IMG/VR virus record: IMGVR_UViG_2563366799_000006 | Direction: 5' to 3' (one strand) | Origin: a virus | Taxonomy: Duplodnaviria; Heunggongvirae; Uroviricota; Caudoviricetes | Length of the DNA stretch: 49,446 nt | Shown here: positions 34,060 through 44,500 of the stretch, in pieces | Position numbering within the stretch: the stretch's first letter is position 1 | Layout: each line of letters opens with the position of its first letter | Program-made: the position numbers and the translations under genes | The notes under the pieces: generated by a model | Told to the model about the DNA's origin: nothing | The model's input: the letters and a program-made list of their open reading frames with translations, nothing else | Database searches by the model: none

Positions 34060-37000
34060 TGACAGACCAGATCGCCTCGATTACTTTGCGGGCCGATGTT
34101 TCTGACCTGAAAACAGCCAGCAACGAACTGGATAAACTCGGCCAGGCGGCGGCCGGTGCTGTAGATAAAGCGGATGATTTAAATAGCGTGTTCCGCGCTG
34201 GGGCTGAATCTGCGAAGCAAGGCAGCGAAGGACTCAAGGAGCAGCAGAACGCGCTCAAAGGGCTGCTGGAGAATATCGACCCGGTTACCAAGGCCTTAAA
34301 CCGCCTGGATGAGCAGCAAGAATCGCTGCGGAAATTCCAGGCCAAAGGTTTCCTGGATACCGATACCTTTCAGGCATACAACAAAATCCTGGATGACACC
34401 CGCCTCAAGCTGACCGACACCGGAGAAGCCGCGGCGCGTGCTCAGGCCGAATTAGCCGCTACCCAGGCGGCAGAGAAGCAGTCCGCAGCGTTAAAGAACC
34501 TTCTTGGATCCATCGACCCGACTATCCGCGCGTTCAATTCGTTGGATGAACAGCACGCACAGCTGGTGGAACATTTCGAAGCTGGGCGCATTAACGGTGC
34601 TCAGTTCGAGCACTTCAACACAATCCTTAACCAGACGCGTGAGCGCCTCTCTGGTGTCGCTGACGTACTACCAGAGGCGCTATCCCGGCAGGAAGCTGCT
34701 GCCCGGCGCGCTGGAATCTCCGTTGGTCAGTACAGCGCAGCAATGCGCACGCTTCCGGCGCAATTCACCGATATCGCCACGCAGCTGGCTGGCGGTCAGT
34801 CGCCGTTCCTGATTCTGCTGCAACAGGGCGGGCAGATTAAAGACCAGTTCGGCTCGGTTCAGGGGGCGCTGTCCGGCGTCGGCGAATACATCCGCAGCAT
34901 GGCTGGGATGATTAACCCTACCACAATCGCACTTGGTGGGCTGATTGGCACGATCGGCCTGCTGGCTGCCGCAGCGTATAACTCCTCGGAGCAATTTGAG
35001 CAGGTGGCACGCTCTGTCATCATGATGGGTGGGGCTGGCTTCTCCTCAATGCAGCAGCTCAACCAGGCCGCTGAGGAAGTGGCTGGCAAGACGAATACAT
35101 CGATTAGCTCCACCGTCGATACGCTGGTTACGTTGAACGATACTGGCAAATATACCGCAAGCCAGATGAAGCAGGTCGCAACGACCATCACCCTCATGGG
35201 TAAGGCCGGAAATGATACCAAAGCGGCAATAAGCGACTTCGGAAAGATTGTCAGCGATCCGGTTAAAGGGCTTGCCAGCCTCAATGAACAATATGGTTTC
35301 GTTGATGAAGCCATGATCAAGCACATTATCCAGCTACGTAAGCAGAAGGGTGAGCAGGCGGCTGTTACCGAAGCTATTGAGCTGTTTGCAGGCGTCATGG
35401 CAAAGCGCGCAGAGGAGACCAACAAAGCGACCGATAATATCGGTCAAACGTGGGAAAACCTTAAAAAGAGCGCTTCTGACACCTTTGGCGATATAGGTAT
35501 TACCGTGCGCGCATGGGGAAACCAGATCATTGATATTTTCGAACTGGTTAAATCCTCGATCAAAGACTTGTTCCTCAATATCACCTCTCTGGACGCCAAG
35601 TTCACCAGCACCATCGCTGGCTGGGCAGACAAAATCCCGGGTGGCGGTGCGCTGGCTAATTTCCTCGGCATGGACGTTGAGGCAATGAAAAAGGCTGGAG
35701 CGGAGGCGGACAAAGAGATTGAGGCGAACAAAAAACGCTATAACGAGCTTTGGAAGCGCGTCACTGCGCCTAACGCACAGGCAAACTATGAGGCTGAAGC
35801 GCGAGGGTCTAACGTAAAAGGTGATGGAGGAACAAGTCGAGAATCAAGAGACGCAGTCTCGAAGCTTGCACAAGACTCAGCCAAAAAGACCAAAGAGGCA
35901 AAAGCCACGCTGGATGCTGGCGATCGCACTCTTGAGAACTACCGCGCCCAGGCCAGAACGTTAACTGAAACACTCGAAACGTTGCGCAAGACTGGGGAGA
36001 CTCAGGTCAGATATACCGAGTTCAGCAAACAGCAATCCCATTTTGCCGAGCTGGACGAGGCTGCTAAGACCCGCGCGCTGACCGCACAGGAGAAATCTCT
36101 TCTATCGAACCGAGAGGCCATCCTCAACGCCGCCAAAGTTGTGGATCAGAAAAATAAGGAAGTCGAGGCCCAGCAGAAGATTAACGGCCTGGCGCAGCAG
36201 GCAAATAAGTATGTTACGCAGATGACTGAAAAGTCTGAGGCATTGCGTAGCGGGGCTGGGTTAAGTAGTCGCATGGCCCAGCGAATGACCGAAGAGGCGC
36301 AGCTTCGGCAGGGCTGGCTAAATGGCGGTGGTAATCTAGAGGATGCTGGCTACGAGAAAGAGCTGGCAGCTCTTCGTAACTACTACGCCGAAGAGGATAA
36401 GCTACGGGGTGACTGGAAAGCAGGGGCAGTTAGTGGCTGGAATGAATATCTTGAGGCCGCCACGAATACCTATGACGCCGTGAAGAACGTCGCCAGCTCC
36501 ACGCTGACCGGCTTGAGCGACATGCTGACTGAGCTGATGATCACTGGCAAAGCATCAGTTAAAGAATTCGGTAAATCCATGCTCAAGATGATCCTGGATG
36601 TTACGAACCGCCTCATGGTTGCCTACGCAGTGCAGGCCGCAATGGGATGGGTAAACGGAGGGGCAGGAGGTGGCAACACACCCGGTGGAGCATACGCGAA
36701 CGCTGCTGCAGGCGTAACGTTCAACGCTAAAGGCGGAGTCTATGAATCGCCGGGCCTAAGCAAGTATGTGAATGGCGTCTACGATTCTCCTCAGTACTTC
36801 ACGTTCCAGGGGGCATCTAAGTTTGCGAAAGGGGGGGTCTTTGGAGAGGCAGGGCCGGAAGCTATTATGCCGTTAGCTAAAGATTCAGCAGGGCGGTTGG
36901 GTGTACGCGCCCAAGGAGGTGGAAGTATTGCTCCTGTAATTAATACCGTCATTAATGTTGAGGCTAATGGTAATGTATCAACCAGCACATCGTCGGATGG

Positions 37001-37112
37001 TGATGCAATGGCGCGTGCTTTAGCCAAGCAGATCAATGATCAGGCAAAAATGATAGTGCTCAATGAGCTTAAGCCTTCTGGCGCTATCTACAACTACATT
37101 AACAAGCGATAA
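34059..37112 (+). CDS. Tail tape measure protein
   Basis: 1017 aa; helical/coiled-coil N-terminal two-thirds, Gly-rich C-terminal region; start overlaps the T stop (TAATG). Confidence 0.9.
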   Translation: MTDQIASITLRADVSDLKTASNELDKLGQAAAGAVDKADDLNSVFRAGAESAKQGSEGLKEQQNALKGLLENIDPVTKALNRLDEQQESLRKFQAKGFLDTDTFQAYNKILDDTRLKLTDTGEAAARAQAELAATQAAEKQSAALKNLLGSIDPTIRAFNSLDEQHAQLVEHFEAGRINGAQFEHFNTILNQTRERLSGVADVLPEALSRQEAAARRAGISVGQYSAAMRTLPAQFTDIATQLAGGQSPFLILLQQGGQIKDQFGSVQGALSGVGEYIRSMAGMINPTTIALGGLIGTIGLLAAAAYNSSEQFEQVARSVIMMGGAGFSSMQQLNQAAEEVAGKTNTSISSTVDTLVTLNDTGKYTASQMKQVATTITLMGKAGNDTKAAISDFGKIVSDPVKGLASLNEQYGFVDEAMIKHIIQLRKQKGEQAAVTEAIELFAGVMAKRAEETNKATDNIGQTWENLKKSASDTFGDIGITVRAWGNQIIDIFELVKSSIKDLFLNITSLDAKFTSTIAGWADKIPGGGALANFLGMDVEAMKKAGAEADKEIEANKKRYNELWKRVTAPNAQANYEAEARGSNVKGDGGTSRESRDAVSKLAQDSAKKTKEAKATLDAGDRTLENYRAQARTLTETLETLRKTGETQVRYTEFSKQQSHFAELDEAAKTRALTAQEKSLLSNREAILNAAKVVDQKNKEVEAQQKINGLAQQANKYVTQMTEKSEALRSGAGLSSRMAQRMTEEAQLRQGWLNGGGNLEDAGYEKELAALRNYYAEEDKLRGDWKAGAVSGWNEYLEAATNTYDAVKNVASSTLTGLSDMLTELMITGKASVKEFGKSMLKMILDVTNRLMVAYAVQAAMGWVNGGAGGGNTPGGAYANAAAGVTFNAKGGVYESPGLSKYVNGVYDSPQYFTFQGASKFAKGGVFGEAGPEAIMPLAKDSAGRLGVRAQGGGSIAPVINTVINVEANGNVSTSTSSDGDAMARALAKQINDQAKMIVLNELKPSGAIYNYINKR

Positions 37113-37125
37113 TTGAGAGGTTTTA

Positions 37126-37338
37126 ATGGACTTAAAAGTTGACGGCATCAATGTTTATGATGATGAGGAAGGAAAGATTGTTTCAGTAACCGTGCATGTA
37201 ATGAGGGATGAATATCGAAGTCATGCAACGACATACGTTGAGCTCCCGTATTCTGATGCGCTGACAATCCATGAAATTCACACGCAGGCGCTCAATGCCG
37301 CCAAAGAGAAACTTAAGCTGATCGCAAGCAGCATCTGA
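37126..37338 (+). CDS. Hypothetical small protein
   Basis: 70 aa; GAGAGG RBS. Confidence 0.45.
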   Translation: MDLKVDGINVYDDEEGKIVSVTVHVMRDEYRSHATTYVELPYSDALTIHEIHTQALNAAKEKLKLIASSI

Positions 37339-37393
37339 TCGTTACATTCTGACATCCCCTGGTTAATATGTAAAAAACCATATTGTTCAGGGG

Positions 37394-37822
37394 ATGATAA
37401 TGAAATTACTCTTCATTAGCGTTGTTGCGTTGTGTTTGGCCGGTTGTGCTACTGAAGCCGTTTTACCAAGCCAGGCGAAACAAGCACCCAAAGAACGATT
37501 GCTCAAGTTCCAGTCGCCAGGTGTAGGGGAACAGGCGAAGCTAATTGTGGTGCGCGATAAAGGATTTCTTGGAAGCGGTTGTTTCGTCGGCGTGTACCTA
37601 AACCAAGAGAAGGCAGCTATTTTGGATCCAGGTGAGAAGGCCGAATTTTACCTCAAACCGGGAGAATGGAATGTTGCTTTAATGGGGGAAGGAAAGATGT
37701 GCATCGCTGACAAGATACCTGCTGGAAGAGACTTTGTGCTCACTGCGAACACTACAAAAGCCGTCCGTTTATTTGCAGATCCGAGCGGAAACACTGACGT
37801 CAAAACACTGCCGAACCAATAG
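37394..37822 (+). CDS. Lipoprotein (cargo gene between tape measure and M)
   Basis: 142 aa; signal peptide with lipobox LAGC; terminator downstream. Confidence 0.65.
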   Translation: MIMKLLFISVVALCLAGCATEAVLPSQAKQAPKERLLKFQSPGVGEQAKLIVVRDKGFLGSGCFVGVYLNQEKAAILDPGEKAEFYLKPGEWNVALMGEGKMCIADKIPAGRDFVLTANTTKAVRLFADPSGNTDVKTLPNQ

Positions 37823-37842
37823 CCCCCAATACCTAATAACCA

Positions 37843-37870
37843 GCCTCGTATCCGCGGGGCTTTTTGTTGT
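37843..37870 (+). terminator. Intrinsic terminator (AGCCTCG...CGGGGCT family)
   Basis: AGCCTCG-tatccg-CGGGGCT followed by TTTTTGTTGTTG. Confidence 0.5.
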
Positions 37871-38283
37871 TGCAGGTGGGCGGGGTGGTTAAAAAGTGAG
37901 CACCACATTCAAGGGGGCCGAAATATTACAGCAATCTTTGTTGTCGTGCATTCCAACCAAGTCATGTATTTTGTGCAAAAAGTGCTATTTATGGCCTTCT
38001 TGAACTCTTCAACCGGATCATAGGCCCAGCCTATCTCCTGAGAACGTGACAATAGTTTACTATTACCTGAGGGGTAACTTCTGCGAAAGTGTGGCTAACT
38101 TGCAAAGTGGCCGCGATAAAATTCGTCGAACATGCATCTATCTTCAGACATAGGCCCATTGCTCAAATATGACGAATGGTATTAAATTGTCCTCAACCAC
38201 TTGAAGTGGTCATTAATTCTTTGGATGTGTTTACATCCTACAATTTGAGAAAGCACTGCCAAACGTGCATGAGGGTGATAATC

Positions 38284-38463
38284 ATGGGTCACGCATTAAA
38301 AAAGGCAGATCGCTTGTACATTCCGCCTCGTGACAAATCCACGGTGGCGAAACCTCGTGCAGCGATCAGCGAAGCATGTTCACACACTGGTCAAGTTAAA
38401 AATGCCTTTGAGTTTGGGTTTGCTCGTTATGAGAAGGCGATGGAAGAACTTTCAAAGGTCTGA
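38284..38463 (+). CDS. Putative antitoxin partner of the Doc-family toxin (family not recognised)
   Basis: ATG at 38284 with GAGGG RBS (ORF track extends to 38176); 59 aa; 10 bp upstream of the Doc gene; perfect palindrome ACCACTT-G-AAGTGGT at 38206-38220 upstream. Confidence 0.45.
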   Translation: MGHALKKADRLYIPPRDKSTVAKPRAAISEACSHTGQVKNAFEFGFARYEKAMEELSKV

Positions 38464-38473
38464 GTAGAAACGG

Positions 38474-38971
38474 ATGACGATAGAGTATGTTGAAGGAGTC
38501 AATTATCTTTCCATTGACGATATCGTTTACATCAATAGGTCTCTGATCGAGACTCAGACGCCAAATGAGCCAATAGGCGTACTGAATCCGAACAACCTCA
38601 GTTCTTCACAGTCCAGACCAAGTACGATTCGATATTATGAGCAGACAGACGATATGTTTCGCCTGTCTGCTGTTCTTATTGAAAGCCTGATCCAGAATCA
38701 TCCATTCGCAAATGCAAACAAACGCACCGCTATGATGGCTGGATACGTATTCCTGTTGCTGAATGGATATGAGCTTACAGCACCCAGTGATGAGGTCGTA
38801 ACCATCGCAGAGGGTTTGGCTCGTAAGGATTACTCAGTGGAAGACCTGGAAAATTGGTTATGCCACTGGTCCCGAGAGTACGATTCCAGAACGTTATGTG
38901 CAACAGGCGGAAATTCGCTTCAGGCTCTCGTGGCGACTTCACACTACATCCGAATCATATCGAATAACTGA
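38474..38971 (+). CDS. Doc (death-on-curing)/Fic-family toxin
   Basis: 165 aa; motif HPFANANKRTA (compare P1 Doc H.F.DANKRTA). Confidence 0.75.
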   Translation: MTIEYVEGVNYLSIDDIVYINRSLIETQTPNEPIGVLNPNNLSSSQSRPSTIRYYEQTDDMFRLSAVLIESLIQNHPFANANKRTAMMAGYVFLLLNGYELTAPSDEVVTIAEGLARKDYSVEDLENWLCHWSREYDSRTLCATGGNSLQALVATSHYIRIISNN

Positions 38972-38972
38972 A

Positions 38973-38993
38973 TCCGCTAAGAGGCGGTTTTTT
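38973..38993 (+). terminator. Intrinsic terminator after the Doc gene
   Basis: Short stem CCGCT/GGCGG followed by seven T. Confidence 0.5.
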
Positions 38994-39015
38994 TGCCGAC
39001 CAATACTGAATTATA

Positions 39016-39038
39016 TAACCCGCTTCGGCGGGTTTTTT
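39016..39038 (+). terminator. Intrinsic terminator (second of a tandem pair)
   Basis: AACCCGC-ttcg-GCGGGTT followed by TTTTTT. Confidence 0.65.
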
Positions 39039-39050
39039 TATGGAGCAAAT

Positions 39051-39401
39051 ATGGCCGTTGAAACATACAACTGGCGATCTCAGCTCGGGGCTGGCGCGAT
39101 TGAATATAGTCAAACGGTGCGTGCTGCGCAGTTTGGCGATGGCTACGAACAGGTGGCCGAGAACGGCATCAACTCCACGGCGATCCAGGTGCCAATGAAA
39201 CACGTTGGCAGTGAGTCTGAGGTAAACGCAGTGCGCGACTTCCTCCTGGCTCATACCGTTAAAGCTTTTATCATCACGCCGCCCGGCGAAGCGAAGGGGC
39301 TTTATCGGGTAGTCGCCGATTCCGTACGGAAAAATCAGATCAGCAGCAAGTTTGCTGAGCTGACGTTCACCATCAAACGGGCTTACGGAGTGTATGCATA
39401 A
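39051..39401 (+). CDS. M: Minor tail protein M
   Basis: ATG at 39051 with GGAG RBS (ORF track extends to 38898); FGDGY motif shared with lambda M; gene order M-L-K-I-J. Confidence 0.7.
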   Translation: MAVETYNWRSQLGAGAIEYSQTVRAAQFGDGYEQVAENGINSTAIQVPMKHVGSESEVNAVRDFLLAHTVKAFIITPPGEAKGLYRVVADSVRKNQISSKFAELTFTIKRAYGVYA

Positions 39402-40171
39402 TGGCATTAGTCGATCAGGCGGCGATGCTGGCACCGGGTGGCAGAGTTCGCCTGGTTGAAGTTGACGCCTCAGAGTTCAGTGGCGGTATTCACCGTTTCC
39501 ACTACGCACCTTTCCCCCATACACCGGAAGAGATCGACGCTGCCAATGGTGATGAAGAAAAGCTCGGACCAAAGCCAATCGTATTCGGTGGCAATACCTA
39601 CGATTTTTGGCCGTTTCAGGTAGCAGGCCTGGAGCTTTCAACAGACCAGGCCGCAGAGCCGACACTCAGCGTTTCCAACCTCGACGGTCATATCACGGCG
39701 CTATGCCTGCAATTTAAAGACATGGTTAATGCCAAAGTGAGCATTATCGACACCTATTCGGTTTACCTCGATGCCGTGAATTACCCTGGTGGGGTGAACC
39801 CGACCGCAGACCCGTCGATGTTCACGCTTCAGACCTTCTGGCTTGACACGAAAACCTCCGAAGACGACGAAGTGGTTTCATGGTCACTCAGTAGCCCCGC
39901 AGACTTGCAGGGGCTTGTTATCCCAACCAGACAAATCACCTCGCTCTGTGAATGGGCGCTACGCGGGCAGTACCGGAGCGGCGATGGATGCACCTATAAC
40001 GGTACGGCATATTTCGACGCGAAGGGGAACCAGGTTTCAGATCCTGCCCTTGATGTATGTGGTGGATGCTTCAGTGACTGCCGTAAACGATTTGGCGCCG
40101 GCCTGGCAGATCCTAACGCGGCAATTCTCGACTTTGGCGGCTTTCCGGCAACCGTTCTCTTCACCCGATAA
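39401..40171 (+). CDS. L: Minor tail protein L
   Basis: 256 aa; motifs PTLSVSNL, YLDAVN, C-terminal Cys cluster, DFGGF, as in lambda L. Confidence 0.85.
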   Translation: MALVDQAAMLAPGGRVRLVEVDASEFSGGIHRFHYAPFPHTPEEIDAANGDEEKLGPKPIVFGGNTYDFWPFQVAGLELSTDQAAEPTLSVSNLDGHITALCLQFKDMVNAKVSIIDTYSVYLDAVNYPGGVNPTADPSMFTLQTFWLDTKTSEDDEVVSWSLSSPADLQGLVIPTRQITSLCEWALRGQYRSGDGCTYNGTAYFDAKGNQVSDPALDVCGGCFSDCRKRFGAGLADPNAAILDFGGFPATVLFTR

Positions 40172-40183
40172 CCGGACATAGCA

Positions 40184-40915
40184 ATGAATAAAACCATATT
40201 GGCAGCTATCCGTGCTCATGCGCTGGAGGAATCCCCGCGCGAGAGCTGCGGATTCGTTATTCAGTCTGGCCGTCGCCAGCGCTATATTCCTGTACCAAAC
40301 ACTCACGAAAATCCAACAGAGCATTTCCGCATCGATGGCGAGCATTGGGCGAACGCCGAAGATATCGGGACGATTGTGCGCGTCATCCATTCCCATCCTG
40401 GCGATGGAGCAAGGCCGATTCCATCCGATCTGGACCGCCAGCAATGCAACAACTCCGGCGTGGTCTGGGGTATTTACGCGCCGGATAGCGACGAATACGC
40501 TGAGATAATGCCGGAGGCGGTACCCCTTATCGGGCGTCCGTTTATTCTGGGCTCAAATGACTGCTGGGGGCTGGTAATGGATTGGCATGCCACCCAAGGC
40601 GTGAAGCTGAACGATTTTCGCGTCGATTACCCGTGGTGGGAAAGCCAGTACCCGGACAATCTCTATTTCGAAAACTGGGAGCGGGAAGGGTTTGTCGAAT
40701 GCGATCCGGCACCAGGCTGTATGGTCATCATGCAGGTTGAATCCAGTAAGTGGAACCACGCGGGGATCATTACCGAGGAAGGTGAACTGCTTCACCATCT
40801 GTATGGGCAGCCATCCTGCATCACGCCGTATGCGCGTGGTTATTTCAAAGACAGGACGATGATCTGCGTCCGTCACAAGGACCTGCCACAGGAGATAAAG
40901 CCATGGCGCGTTTAA
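40184..40915 (+). CDS. K: Tail assembly protein K (JAMM/MPN + NlpC/P60)
   Basis: 243 aa; HSHPGDGARPIPSDLD JAMM motif; Cys/His peptidase motifs. Confidence 0.85.
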   Translation: MNKTILAAIRAHALEESPRESCGFVIQSGRRQRYIPVPNTHENPTEHFRIDGEHWANAEDIGTIVRVIHSHPGDGARPIPSDLDRQQCNNSGVVWGIYAPDSDEYAEIMPEAVPLIGRPFILGSNDCWGLVMDWHATQGVKLNDFRVDYPWWESQYPDNLYFENWEREGFVECDPAPGCMVIMQVESSKWNHAGIITEEGELLHHLYGQPSCITPYARGYFKDRTMICVRHKDLPQEIKPWRV

Positions 40916-41502
40916 CCACTATTCGTCTGTATGGCGCACTGGGCGCCCGGTTCGGGCGCGTGCATAAACTGGCAGTGCAGACATCTGCCGAAGCGGTCAA
41001 AGCCCTGTGTATCAACTTCGACGGACTGGAAGACTATCTAATGAATGCAAAAAAAAATGGCATGACCTTCGCGGTGTTTCGCGGTAAGCGCAACATAGGC
41101 GTGCAGGACTTCCAGGAGCTGGCAGGCGATAGCGATATTCGCATAGCGCCGGTTATGGAGGGGGCGAAGAAGGCGGGTATGTTCCAGACCATCTTGGGGG
41201 CAGTGATGGTGGTCGCCGGTATTATCGTCGGCGTGGCGACCGGCTGGACCGGTGTAGGTCTCACCTTTGGTGCCGGACTTATCATGTCGGGCGCGTCAAT
41301 GATGGCTGGTGGAATTTACCAGATGCTTTCGCCCCAGCCCAAAGGACTACAGGGGCGAGACGATCCTGACAATAAACCATCATATGCCTTCGGTGGCTCG
41401 GTGAATACCCTTGCGATGGGTAACCCGGTCGCGCTTCTTTATGGTGAGCGCGAGATTGGCGGCGCCATCATCAGTGCCGGCATAGTCGCAGAAGACATCT
41501 AA
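40903..41502 (+). CDS. I: Tail assembly protein I
   Basis: 199 aa; overlaps K; hydrophobic Gly-rich central segment as in lambda I. Confidence 0.8.
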   Translation: MARLTTIRLYGALGARFGRVHKLAVQTSAEAVKALCINFDGLEDYLMNAKKNGMTFAVFRGKRNIGVQDFQELAGDSDIRIAPVMEGAKKAGMFQTILGAVMVVAGIIVGVATGWTGVGLTFGAGLIMSGASMMAGGIYQMLSPQPKGLQGRDDPDNKPSYAFGGSVNTLAMGNPVALLYGEREIGGAIISAGIVAEDI

Positions 41503-41521
41503 AACTCCTTTCTGAATATCA

Positions 41522-41546
41522 AGCACCCAATTGGGTGCTTTTTTTA
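41522..41546 (+). terminator. Hairpin plus T-run between I and J
   Basis: AGCACCC-aatt-GGGTGCT followed by TTTTTTT. Confidence 0.55.
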
Positions 41547-41556
41547 TGGATGTAAT

Positions 41557-44500
41557 ATGGAAGCGATCACTGGTGCAAAGGGTGGCAGCCAGAAGCAGCA
41601 CACACCTGTAGAACAGCCCGATTCGGCTCAGTCAATGGCGCGCTGCCGCATGCTGCTGGCGCTCGGGGAGGGGGAGTTTGCTGGTGGCCTGGATGCGACC
41701 CGGATATTCCTGGACGGTACGCCGTTGGGAAACCCCGACGGAACGATGAATTTTGAAAATGTGTCATGGGATTTCCGGCCTGGCACACAGACCCAGACAC
41801 CAATACCGGGATTCCCTGCAGTCGAGAATGAAACTACGGTTGGGGTATCGCTGACAAAGGCCACACCATGGACCCGCGCACTGAGTAACACCCAGATTGA
41901 CGCGGTGCTGGTTCGTATTGGCATCCCTGGGTTACAGCAGCAGGAAAACGATGGGGATATTGTCGGCACTACGGTTCAGTACCATATTGATCTGGCGGTG
42001 GACGGTGGCGCTTACTCGACAGTCATGACGAAAACCGTCACAGAGAAGCTCAGCTCGCTCTATGAACTAACCCACCGTATTAATCTTCCCAAAGCCAGCA
42101 CTGGCTGGCAAATTCGAGTGGTGCGTGACACCGATGACAGCACCAGCCAGATGCTGCAGAACAAAACGCAGGTGCAAGCGATTACTGAAGTGATCGATGC
42201 TCGCCTGCGATATCCACACACAGCGCTGCTGTACGTGTCCTTTAACGCAAAGTCATTCAACAACATCCCTAAGATTTCCTGCATGCCGAAGGGGCGCATC
42301 ATCCGAATCCCTTCGAACTATGATCCAATAGCGCGGACTTATAGCGGAACATGGGACGGGACGTTTAAATGGGGCTGGACGAATAACCCGGCGTGGATTT
42401 GGTTCGATGTTCTGACTGAGCCGCGCTTCGGCCTTGGGCGCCGCGTGACGCCAGAAATGCTCGATAAGTGGGAGCTCTATCGCATCGCCCAGCGCTGCGA
42501 CCAGAAGGTACCCGACGGGAAAGGCGGAAGCGGTACCGAGCCACGCTTCATGTTTGACGTTTACATCCAGTCCCAGGCTGATGCCTGGCAGGTGATTAAA
42601 GATATTGCCGCGGGCTTCAACGGAATGACTTTCTGGGGCAACAACATGTTCAATGTTGTCTCTGACATGCCGGCGGACACTACGAAGTTGCAGATCCTCA
42701 CTCGCGCATCAGTGGTGGGTAAGCCGGTGTACTCGAGTGGCAGTGAGAAAAACCGATTCTCCAGCGCGCTGATTAACTTCAGCGATCCGGATAACCACTA
42801 CCAGGACCGCACCACGGCAGTGATGTTTCCGGAACTGGTAAGGCAGTTCAAGTTTAAGCAGACACAAATCACTGCGATCGGTTGTACGCGTGAGAGCGAG
42901 GCGCAGCGGCGTGGCGGGTGGGCGGTGTATTCCAACTCCCTTGACCGCATTATCACGCTTCAGACTGGACTTGATGGCTTTGTATTCGTGCCGGGCACCG
43001 TATTTGCGTTTGCAGATGAACGCCTGTCAGGGCGCGTTTACGGCGGGCGTATCACCGGGTATAACGCTGGTCTTAAGGCCGTGACCATTGACCGGGGCAC
43101 CAGTGCGGTGGCGGGCGATACGCTGATGATTCGCACCCAGGGCGGTACCGTTGAAAGCCGGGTGATACAGGCCGTAAATGGCACGCAGCTGATCCTGTCC
43201 ACGCCGTTCACGGCGGCGCCATTACCTAATGCCGTATTCGTCATTGATGCTGGTCAGCTGCGCCTGCAGTATTTCCGGGTAACGAACCTAAAATTTGATG
43301 ATGAGGAAAACACCTTCACCATTACCGGTGCGGAGTATAACGCGTCGAAATACGACGCCGTTGATAACAATGCTCGCCTCGATACTCCTCCGATAAGCCT
43401 GATTCCGACCGGGCTAGTTAACCAGCCGACCAACATCGTGGTATCGAGCTATGATGCGGTTCGCCAGGGGCAACGCGTGGCCACGCTAACCGCCTCGTGG
43501 GATGCGCCAATTGATAAAGACGGCAAACTGCAGTCGGACGTAATAGCGTACCGGGCACAGTGGAAGCGCGGAAATAACGAATGGGTAAACGTGCCTGAAA
43601 CCGGGTTACGAAATATCGAAGTGCCTGGCATTTTCGAGGGCGATTACCTTGTGCGCGTCCGTGCGATTAACTCTGGGGGAGCGTCCAGCCTTTGGGCCAC
43701 GTCTGCGTTGACCCATCTTACCGGCCGCACCGGTGAAGTGCCCAAACCTGTCGGACTAACAGCAACAGAGGATGTTGTATTTGGGATCAACATTACATGG
43801 GGTTTCCCCGCAGATACCGCCGACACCCTGAGCACGGAACTGCAATACAGCGCTTCAGTCGATGGGGCAAATCCAATGCTTTTGGCGTCGGTGCCGTATC
43901 CTCAGAAACTCTATCAGCAGATGGGGCTGAAGGCAGGGCAGGAATTCTGGTACCGGGCACGGCTGGTTGACCGCATCGGGAATCAGAGCGACTGGACAGA
44001 CTGGGTGCGCGGGCAGGCCAGCATCGATGTTTCCGATATCACCGATGCAATCCTGGAGGACATGAAAGGCTCCGATACGTTCAAAGACCTGATCGAGAAC
44101 GCGGTGGACAGCAATGAAAAAATTGCTGGCATGGCTGACGAAATTAAAAACCATGCCGACGAACTCGAGCAGCAGGCGAAAGACATCCTGGAGAACGCTG
44201 ACGGGCTGGCTCAGGCCGAAGTGAAGATCGACGAGATTTCTGTGTCGATGGACGGCATGACGGGAGGAGTGAAGAACTCGGCAATCGCGATTATTCAGAA
44301 TGGGCTGGCGCAGGTGGTAAGCCGTCGCTCGCAGACCGCCACGAACGCCGGGAACAGTGCCAGTATAGACAGAGTGGATACTACGATTGCCGATACCAGC
44401 CAGGCGGTCGCACGCGCGCTGGTCACACTGGATGCAGAAGCTGGTGGCAATATCTCTAACTCAACGGACCTGACAGAAACTCTTGCTGATTTCACCCAGG

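Noticed and set aside
34859-35731. Minus-strand ORFs of 188, 92 and 95 aa
   Set aside because: Antisense within the tape-measure gene.
38176-38283. Upstream extension of the putative antitoxin ORF (start at 38176)
   Set aside because: No RBS, and the extension would place the perfect palindromic operator inside coding sequence; ATG at 38284 preferred.
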